Origin: the human T2T-CHM13v2.0 reference genome, Homo sapiens
Length of the DNA: 64,000 nucleotides
Reading direction: 5' to 3' (one strand)
NCBI RefSeq assembly: GCF_009914755.1
Contig: NC_060946.1
A program made the position numbers and the translations under genes. Of the stretch, positions 48,258-64,000 are shown piece by piece. The notes beneath the pieces are model-generated. The model did not search any database and was not told where the DNA came from. It was given only the letters and a program-made list of their open reading frames with translations. Position 1 is the first letter of the stretch. Every line of letters begins with the position of its first letter.

Positions 48258-50980
48258 GGCCAGGTGTTGGCCGTGGGTGAAGTCCTGGGGTCAGGGGGTG
48301 GGGTGGGGCCAGAAGGCCTGATAGAAGGGTCAGGGCAGGCCAGGGGGGTGGGGGGCCGCCCTCATCAGGCAGCCCCCAGCCCCCTGAGGCCCCGTCCATC
48401 TTCTCCCCACCACCGCCCCGGTGTGCGTACCCAGGCGCACGTGCTGCAGCCCCCGGAGGCCCCGCTGAAACCTGGGCTGCCCTTCCCCCACCCCCACGGC
48501 TCTCCTGGTTGAGGAGGGAGGGGCCTGGCTGACCCCTCCAGCTTCAGCCTCCAGCTTTAACTTCTGTCTGCTCCTAATGGGGGCCCAAAGCTCAGGGCTG
48601 GGGAGCCTGGGGTCCCCACTTGAATCTCCAGCAGGAGGGTCCTTCTCTCCCTGGCCCGTCCTCCTCCCACCCCCTCCCCCTGGGGGCAAATCAGGACACA
48701 ACAGAGGGCAGAGGCCCCATTAGCTTTAAAATGTAGCCCCAGGTTGGAGCTGGGAACACTGTACTGGCCACTTACCCTCTGGGGCCTCAGCTTTCCCTCC
48801 GGAAGGCTGGGAGGAGGTGGGCTAGATGATCTTTGGAGCTTAAGGAGTCCCAGCCCTTTCTCTGATGCCACCACCTGAACCCTGCTCCCTCGTGGGCCAG
48901 TGAAAATAGACTGTAGGTCCTCAGAGCCTTCAGAGATGATCCAGCCCAAACCCCATTTTGCAGAGAGGAAAACTGAGGCCTAGAAGGGAGGAGTGGTCCA
49001 CCCACGGTCCCAGCACAAGGCAGAGCTGGGATGAAAACAGGGCTGAAAAGACTCAGGGCCAATTATTGGCTGAGCCCACGGTCCCCTCAGCAGGGATGCG
49101 ATGGTCTCTGAATCAGTGTGCAGCTGGGGTCCCAGGCAGCGCTGCCTGGGGGCTGGGGAGGGGAGGCCCAGAGGAGGGCTGGCCATGTGAGCACCCCATG
49201 AAGGGACCGCCCCCTCCCAAGGATGGTCCCTTTGGGTGCAGCAGCAGAGGTCACCTCCTGACATGCGCTCTGGGAAAGGTGGCAGAGGGCAGGACACCAT
49301 GAGCTCAGGATCTGTGTGAGGTGTGGGAGGTGGGAAGGGTGAGGGTCTGGGGGAATGCGGAGAAAAGGGAGGCTTGACCCCGGGCACCATGGGCCACTCC
49401 AGGATGGGACACGGCCCCTCTTTCTTGGGGACCCAGTATGTCCTCTCCTCTAGACCCAGACATACAGTTATAACCGTCTGTCCTAGCCCCTCCCTAATCC
49501 CTGGCCCTCCCAGCTGTCTGGGACTTCAGTGGACCCCCAGCCCCTGCCCCCACTCACCAAGGCCTCGCTCGTCCCTCTCGTCTGACATGTCTGTGTGCAC
49601 CCCCCTCCTCTCCACCCTACCTTCCATCAACCAGGGCAGATCCACCGTGCCCTGGTTCCCCAGACATTCCAGAATGCCCCACATCATTGGCACAGGAGTG
49701 GGGCAGCCCCGGAAGGAACCAGGGATTAGGCTGTAGGGGGGTGAGAAGGAGAGAAGGGACCACCCCATTCTTCTCAAGCAAGGATTGCCAGCGCGCGCTG
49801 ACACAGTGATGGGCTGCCCAGGGCTGGAGGGGACGCTGTTCCTCCCGCCGCCACTGCCCAACCTTTCCTGATAATCGTGGCATGCGCCCTTTCCTCTTCC
49901 CTGCCCCACCCCCTGGCCGCAGCAGGCCAGCACTGCAGAGTTTGGGTGCTGGTGGTGTGGCTGTAGGGGAGGGGAGACCACACCCAAGGTGGGGGCTGTG
50001 GCCATGTGTGGCCGTGATGTCGATGATACTCGTTTTCCCTGATCCGTGGTGTTGCAGTCCGTTGTCACCAGCCTTGTTTCTAGTGTGTATATATGTCGCC
50101 CCCGTGATGCATATATACACAGGTATTAAATATATCGCTCTATATAATATTATATATGTGTGTGGTATCCAAGGAATCACTTTTATGAGGGCTAAAGATA
50201 AAGAATTTGGCCAGAAAATGCAGCCATCCTTGTGTGATTAGGAGGGTTTCAGGGGCCACTGGACTATTTGCAAGGTGACAGGGACTGGAGCCATGGCTCA
50301 GAGGTGATTCGGGCAGCCAGGGACAGGAGCCACCCTCCCCAGGCCCAACTCTGCTAGCTTCCCAGACCACCCCCATCGAGTGCGGAGAGAGTGGGAGTGC
50401 TCAGGGAAAGAAGGTGATTTGTATTTGTCTCCCCGCTGAAAAGAACAGGATTCAAGTCCAGAGTTTTCATCTTCAGCCTGTGATCTGTCCAGGGACCCTT
50501 GGGATCTGGGGCTTCCTGGCCTGGCCAGAGCTGGAGCCCCCACAGGGTAAGGAAGAGAGAGTGGGAGGCAGAGTGTGATGGGGAGGAGGGACAGGAAGAC
50601 CCTTTTAATGATGAGGGTAACTATTTCAGTTGTGAGCCTTCTAGGGCCCCAGGCTGGGAGGCTCAGAGGACTGAATCTGGGACCTGTGTTCCCCCCGGCA
50701 GGCAGGGACAAGATGGCATGGCAAGCATGGGGGCGGGGTGGGTGGGGAGGGATGCTGCATTTCTCAGCTGGGCAGTAATCAATTTAATGGTCCTTTAAAA
50801 TGTCTGTGTATTAAAAATTTAAGAATACCACACTTTAATATTAAATATTCATAAGGTCTAGTATCTTGATAATAATGTAGATGTTTTAATAACAATTTTT
50901 GTCCTTCTTAAAATAAAATGAAAGAAACTTGCTTCCCTTAGCCTTTGTTCTAGAAAATAAACTTGTGCACTTTGACCTCT
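48258..50980 (+). other. ZC3H7B: ZC3H7B 3' UTR (~2.7 kb, Alu-free)
   Basis: Follows the stop codon and ends in an AT-rich block with poly(A) signals; cleavage site approximate. Confidence 0.85.
50810..50961 (+). terminator. Polyadenylation signal cluster: ATTAAA 50810 and 50840, AATAAA 50912 and 50956
   Basis: Hexamers seen directly, followed by GT/T-rich sequence. Confidence 0.85.
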
Positions 50981-51238
50981 GTCCCCGAGATGTCACTCCT
51001 GTTCCTCCCCACCTGGTACTTATATCCAGGGGCCTTAGCTGCTCTGTCCTCATGGGACAGACCTGGCCGGTACTAGCTACTCTGAGGAATGCTAAGCATT
51101 CCGAGGGGTGAGGGGCAGGTCTGTGTCCCTGTGTACACACGGAGGCCAGCCGACCCTGGCTCCGGCAGCATCTCACTGGCAGCGACACGCTGCCACTTGC
51201 CACCCTTCCCTGGCTCATCTGCAGCTTGCCTGCTCTCA

Positions 51239-57115
<5,877 letters not shown>

Positions 57116-58059
57116 TCAGCTACCACGCAGAAAACCAAATGTTTATTGCAGCCCATCTGGAGCTTCAGAGCCATAGAACTAGAGCTGAACGGCACCTTAG
57201 AGGTCACTGCATTCGGTGGTTCGGGAACTGAGACCCAGAGTTGCTGCCACGCTTGCTCAAGATCCCACAGCAATGTACGGCAGAATCGAGAACCTGGCAT
57301 CCCCCGGCAAGTCTGGCTTTGACGTGATGTTGGTCTGACGTAGAGGGTGACATCCAGAACCTTTGCTTCACCCATTCAAGTAACCCAAGGACCACAGGGG
57401 CCAGCGTCCTGGTGGGAGGGTATGAGAGGGAACTACAGCAAATAGCCAATTGGCACTTTAAGTCCCCACAATGACTGGGAAGCAGGGATTCCTCATCCAG
57501 GACAAGCCTGAAGCAGGCTGGCAGAGCTGCCCCCCTTTCAGTGGTGCCTGGTCTCCTGGCACCTGCCCCTTTTCCCCTCTCCCCTGAAGACCAAAGAACC
57601 TGAGGCGGTAGGTTTTATCACTTCCTTTTGGGGAACAGGCTTCAGGCTGTGCAGATGGTATAAAGCTCCAATTATGCATGCCATATGTACACTGGCGTGC
57701 CTTGTAGGGTACGTGTGCATGGCATAAACACAGCATCAAAACATGCCACAAGCCCTTGAGGCTCAGAAGCGCACAGGTGAAGGCATGATGTCCGACCGCA
57801 TCCCTGCATCTGCCAACACAGGGTGTCTTGTGCTCGGCTGCCTGAGGTGCTGTCCTTGCCTGTCATCCTCCTTTTCTCTTGGAGCCTCAGGTCCCAGCCC
57901 GGGATGGTTTCCACTGCGTGCCTGGGCCTCCAGGGCACCTCCATGCTGATGCGTGCTTGCTGTGGGCGTGGAGCTTACCATTCTCACCTGGCAGCCCCAG
58001 TTATGGCTCCCAGCCTGGGGGAGAACTTCCCTTTCCAAAGTTAGATAACAGGCTGGGCT

Positions 58060-58360
58060 CTCTGTCAGAGGATTGGCGCGACAGCTCCACGTGCTGCAGC
58101 TGGCGCAGGGCCAGGCCCGCCCTGCCAAGCAGCGGGAAGGGAAGGCCTGGCTGCAGCCGGAGCTGGCAGGTGGCCGAGCCGGGGGTGGACGGGCGGGCTG
58201 GGACTGGTGCTGGCCATTGGCTGCCTCAAGGCTCCCACCCCGCCTGCCTCCCTAGCCTGCGGCTGGCGGCCCCTGCCTCTCCAGCTGCCTCTGAACTCCC
58301 TGGAGCAAGCACCTCCTGCTGGGCTGTGTGAGCTGCGACTGGTTCTCAGTGGCCCCTGCC
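58060..58360 (+). promoter_or_regulatory. TEF: TEF upstream alternative promoter/5' UTR
   Basis: GC/CpG-enriched and Alu-free; reverse CCAAT (ATTGG) at 58072 and 58216, E-box CACGTG 58088-58093, GC box 58191-58199. Confidence 0.75.
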
Positions 58361-58427
58361 ATGGACATGCCTGAGGTCCTCAAGTCCCTGCTGGAGCACT
58401 CTCTGCCTTGGCCAGAGAAGAGAACAG
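58361..58427 (+). CDS. TEF: TEF alternative first coding exon: MDMPEVLKSLLEHSLPWPEKRT(D); rest of the gene is downstream of the window
   Basis: Strong Kozak gccATGG, CAG|gtagga phase-1 donor; peptide recognised from memory as the alternative TEF N-terminus; TEF neighbours ZC3H7B. Confidence 0.88.
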
Positions 58428-58906
58428 GTAGGAGCACAGGTGACCTGCATTGATTGGCTGCCCAGGTACTCGAGGGGGCGAGGGGGCAGCCACAGGCACA
58501 GTGGCAGGACAGGCATCTCCAAGCCAGGGAGGGTCTCAGCAGTGGTGCGCCCTTGGTCTCAGGGTGCAGAGTGCGGAGAGGGGTTCGAGGAGGCATGTGT
58601 CACACCGGCTCTGGGACTCTCTCCTAGGCCTGCTGGATTTGGGGAAGCCATGGCCAGTGTGTGGCCACTGACAGGTGCTGTGCTCATGTGGGACCAGGAC
58701 AGGACAGGGGGTCCTATTGAAAGAATCTGGCTGGATGCTGACTGCTTTTGAAGCTCCCTCCCCCTGTACGCTGGGGGTGGCAGAGGAGCGGCAGGGACTG
58801 TGGATTTGGGCAGCAGGAGCCTGGGTCTGAAGCAGAGGCTTTCCTTGGTGCGCCTGCTGCAGCTCCCGCTTGCCGGAGGGCTGAACTCATGGATGGGATG
58901 GAAACT

Positions 58907-58916
58907 GTTATGTAAC
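58907..58916. promoter_or_regulatory. PAR-bZIP D-box GTTATGTAAC in TEF intron 1
   Basis: Exact match to RTTAYGTAAY within near-palindromic CTGTTATGTAACAG. Confidence 0.65.
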
Positions 58917-60735
58917 AGGACCACAAGGCTCGAAGCCCTGCGTTCCTAGGATACCACAGGCAAAACGCGCGAGGGAGGAGAGAGGAGGGCGTGGACTGAG
59001 GGGCAGACCTGGTGGCCAGCACCAGGTGTCTCCCAAGTCCTGCCTGGGAACCCCATGGCCAGATTAGTTTGGCGGAGAATACTGATAAATCTCTCTCCAA
59101 ATCTCTTCTGTTCCCAGAAGTCAGAGGTCACCCCCAGGTCCCCAGGGCTCCAACTCCTCCTTGCCTTTAGAGGGGCCCAGCTGGCTTTTGCTGCCTGAGT
59201 CTGACTTGAGCACCTGGGGTGTCCTCTCAGGGGACCTTTCTCAGGCCTCCCTCTCATCCTGCTGTGCCAGCACCTGCTACCTAGCATCACCAGGTGGCCC
59301 TGGTTGTCCCCGCAGGACTCCTTCCTTCCACAGGACGCTCTCAGCCCACTCCCAAACCAGAGCCAGGAGACAGATCCCACAGCCCCCGGCCTCCCTTCAC
59401 CCCTCTGGAACTGGGTGTGGGTTTGCTTGGGCTAAGCCAGGAAAGGAGGGTCAGCAGGTTCTAGCCCCAGGGAGACATTGCCCGAACGGGGAAGGACGTA
59501 CTGGGAGCTTAGGGCAGGGGCTCCGGAGCTCTCGCACGCAGCTCTGGGCTCAGGCCCCTCCGACCACACTCCATGCTGTCAAATGGTGGGACAGTCCAGG
59601 CCACCCTCTGAGAAGAGTGTCACAGAAGGCGCTCCTGTGGCCTCCTAGCACTGGGGACACCAGTTGCTCACCATGAGAAGCCCACCTCCTCAGCGAAGCC
59701 CTCTGCAACTCAGCCGGAGGGATCTGCCCCCATTTGGAGTCCACACCCACAAACAAGCCACAGCTGACTTTTTTGGCATCTCTGAGTGGCCTGTGTGGGT
59801 GGGCAGAGCTGAACACATTTCCAAAAGCTAAGGTAGAGGGTCCCCTCCTTGGTCCAGGAACCCAGGAAGGGTGGTACAGTCCCTCCTGGCTCCCCCAAGG
59901 TGTCCCAGGATGCCCCCCAGCACACACATGAAGGGCGAGGCTGCCAGTGGGGCAGGGAGGATTCTCAGGGGCGACTCGGGGCACTGCTCCTCAGATGAGG
60001 ATAACAAGGCCTTTGAAGTGTGGCAGCAGCTGCCGGTCTCTGGCTCCCAGCTGGTCTGTGGGGCCCTGCAATAGCCGAAAAGTCCCCCTCCCTCACTGTG
60101 GATGAGCAAAGTCAGGGCCTGGCACATAGGGGACCGCCCAAGGTTTCAGGCAGAGCTTTGCCGAGCACTGGCAAGCTGTGGCCGAGAATTAGTTAGTCCA
60201 GCATGGCTGGGCAGGTCCAAGGGGTGTGGGCCAGTCTTGGGTCACCTCCTGTCACTTCATGTGGCATCTCACTGAGAGTGAGAAGCATGAGGTCCCACAG
60301 GACCGACAGATGCCAGCAGCCAACTGCTAGATAAAATGAGGGGAAGAGGGCTGAAGAGCCACAGGACTCACAATGACTGCAGCACATTACTGCCCCCTAA
60401 TCTGCAATCAGTTTCCCAAAGCTGCCCGAATCTCCAGACCATTTATAAACAGAAACGTCTACCTGAAAAGCAATAGACCTTGTTGAAAAGAGGGTATAGC
60501 CACCACACAGAATGATTACAGAATTACTTGCCATCAGGGACCATGTACTTAAGTAGTTGTTGAAGTGGCTTCTCTTCCATCTGCCACTGCTCTGACTCTG
60601 GGTGTGAATTGGAGAAAGACAACAGAGGCCAGGTGCTCCAGAAAACAGGGATGCCCTCAGGTCCGCGTGCCCTTGCTTTGGTGGACTTCCTGCTGCTCCC
60701 GTCCAGTGGAAGGGGGCAGTTATCTCTTTGGATGA

Positions 60736-61551
<816 letters not shown>

Positions 61552-64000
61552 TAGTTCATTGATGCCCCTTGAAACCCAGACTTGGGGTCCCTCTCCCTCG
61601 TGCTGCCCCTGGGCCTCCCAGCCCAGCCCGTGTAGACCTTGCCTCTTTCCTGTCCCTGGATAAACAGACTTTCTCCACCAGAGCTGACCAGCTCCCAGAC
61701 TCCCTTGGCTTCCAACGACAATGGCTTCTTGGTGGCCTTCACTCTAGGCCATGAGTTCAAACAATTTCTCTTTTGGCAGAGAAATCCATTTCCAGCAAAA
61801 GGGTGGGTCTGTAGCCAAGCCCTGACTCAGTTTCCCCTCTATGTCCCTGGGCCCTAAATCCTGAAAACCACTCTTCCTGTCTTCACTCCCAACCTGTCTC
61901 CCAAGGATACTTTTCCAAGAGTTGATTCTGTTCCAGACTGCTCACTCCAGCTCTTAACGTCTTTCTCTTCCAGCTTCTGGAAAGACACTGTGTCTCTAAA
62001 TCATATGATTAGCATTTTATACCCTATACTTCCCTCTCCCATGGGGCCCTGGCCATGCTTAGAGACACCTCCTCCCATTTTCTTGCCATCTCCGGTCACT
62101 CAGGCCTCCGTTTCAGGGAGTTGTGAAGCCGGAACATACACCTCAAAGGCTGAACAAGGCCTTTGCTTTGGGCTGGGCAGGCGGCATCCCCACGTAGGGG
62201 CACTCCTGATCTAGAATCCTTTCTAGGCAAGGCAGTGTGGCCCTGGGAAGAGAGCAGGGGGCTTATGATCAGAGTCAGGCCACAAATCCTAATTCTACAA
62301 CCCACTGGCTGGGACTTGCCCCCCTCTCTCTCCATCTCCAGACTTTAAAAAGCGGAAAAGAATATCTGTGCCATGAGCTTGTTGCCAAGATTAAGTGAGT
62401 TATCCCATGTGAAAGTGTCTGCAAACCGTGAGATGCTGTGCTGGTTTTTTCTGTGAAAGGCAAACAGCAGCATGGCCTGGCGTCGTGCGTCTTCCACCTA
62501 CATCCCATTTGCAACCTGACCCTCATTCCCTTCTTTCCACCTTCCTTTGAAGAACTGGATGGTACAAGTTGGTGTGTACACACACACACACGGCTGTCTC
62601 CTTGGAAACACATGCTGAGGCTCCTAGAGGCATGGTGCCATCTGCCCTGCACCCAATGGGACAGCCCCATTTCATAACAGGCAGGATCTCAGTAGGACTT
62701 GCTGGGGCAGAGGCAGGGGTACAGGAGGGGGCCTTGGTGTCATCCTCTTGGTGGACTGAGGGAAATGAGCCGAGAGTGTGGACTCGGTGCAGCCTGGGCT
62801 CTCCTGAGCTTGGCCTGAGTGAAGGGCCCTGTGTTTGCCTCCATGCACAGCCTGGGAACCAGAGCAAAACTGAGAAATCGAGGAGTTTGCTTTCAGGGAC
62901 GAGGATGGGGAGAGGGCCTTCTATGTGCTGGATATGCTAGCTCATTTAATCCTCACTGCCTCTTTCTAAATGGTATATTTCCCCTGTTATTCTGGTGAGA
63001 AAATGAACAAAGAGGCACTGGCTACCCTCAGGGCCAGTCTCTCTCTTCTTCCTTCCCACCCTAGGTGCCCAGAGCCTTCTTCTCTACCTGCCCCCCACCC
63101 CATCCCTTCAGAGAAATGTGAGAAACTCATTCTTACCAAGTGCCAGGCATTGACGGCATGTCGAGGAGTGATCCTTCCAGATGGCTAGGCTGCTGCAGGA
63201 CGGGCTCCTGACTTGACAGCCACTGTCTCCTGAGCGTGAGCCAGGACTGTATTGTGTGTGCCTATGTCACTATCTGTGCAATGGCTCTGCAAGGAAGGTA
63301 TGATCATCCACTCTACGAATAAGGACATCGACGCTCAGAGAGAGGAAAGGCCACACAGTTGTTGAAGGATTCAAACCCAGTTCCTCCTGACACCAGGCTC
63401 GTGTCTACCCATAGGGTGGGTACCCATGTGGGTACCATGTCTCGGGTCGTAGCTCTTCGTCACCCAGCCACTCATCACGTGCTTCCAGAGCGTTTGCTAT
63501 GCTTGGAGAGCCCGGGGTGAATGAAACCAACTCTACTCTTGCTCCCCTGGTGTTTGGATTCTAGAGGGGAGAGAGAATCTGCTGTGTTTAGGCAGGAGGC
63601 GGTGGTGGTCAGGACCAGCCTCTCCCAGGGAGAGGCATTTGAACTGAGGCCTGGAGGCCTGGAGGGTGAGGAAGAGCCAGCTACTCGAGGAACTTTCAGG
63701 CTGTGGGAAGAGCACCTGCAAAGGCCCTTCCTGGGACAGGAAAGAAAACGGGTCTGAGGAATAAAAGGCCACCATGGCTGCAGAAAGCAAGCAAGGGGGA
63801 GAGGGGTACCAGGTGAGGCTGGAGAGACCCGAAGGGCGAGCACCTGCAGAGCTTTGACGGTCATAAAGAGGAGTGACGCTCTCATCTCCCTGTCTGTAAG
63901 GACCCTCACACTCACTATTCTTGGGGAAGTGGCTGGTGGGGAGAAATTAGGTATCCCCAGAACAACCCAAGCAGGAATTACAGTAGAGTTAACTTTGACC

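Noticed and set aside
50499-50798. 99-aa ORF in the 3' UTR
   Set aside because: Starts at TTG, with no homology I can recognise; would need ribosome-profiling evidence.

Overview
Human genomic DNA (an AluYa5 element is present), recognised from memory as chr22q13.2. The + strand carries all 22 coding exons of ZC3H7B (RoXaN). I spliced them by hand at canonical AG/GT junctions: they total 2934 nt, i.e. 977 aa plus stop (TPR repeats, LD motif, four CCCH fingers, one C2H2-type finger), followed by a ~2.7 kb 3' UTR ending near 50980. The promoter and first non-coding exon are not evident and probably lie upstream of the window; exon numbers below assume one such exon. About 7.4 kb downstream, on the same strand, are the upstream alternative promoter and first coding exon of TEF (MDMPEVLKSLLEHSLPWPEKRT). 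Introns are very Alu-rich, with MaLR, L2, L1M and MIR relics. Almost all ORFs in the supplied track are Alu-derived or chance GC-rich ORFs. I found no new gene system. The most unusual signals are: (1) an 83-bp unique sequence copied from intron 2 into an Alu 9 kb upstream; (2) a ~77-bp non-Alu inverted duplication just after exon 17; (3) a four-fold repeat of a larger CxxC+CCCH protein module; (4) a Pumilio element inside a 3' UTR hairpin; (5) a perfect PAR-bZIP D-box in TEF intron 1; (6) arrays of decoy splice sites; (7) one target site reused by four Alu insertions. Repeat-family calls were made by eye and their boundaries are approximate.
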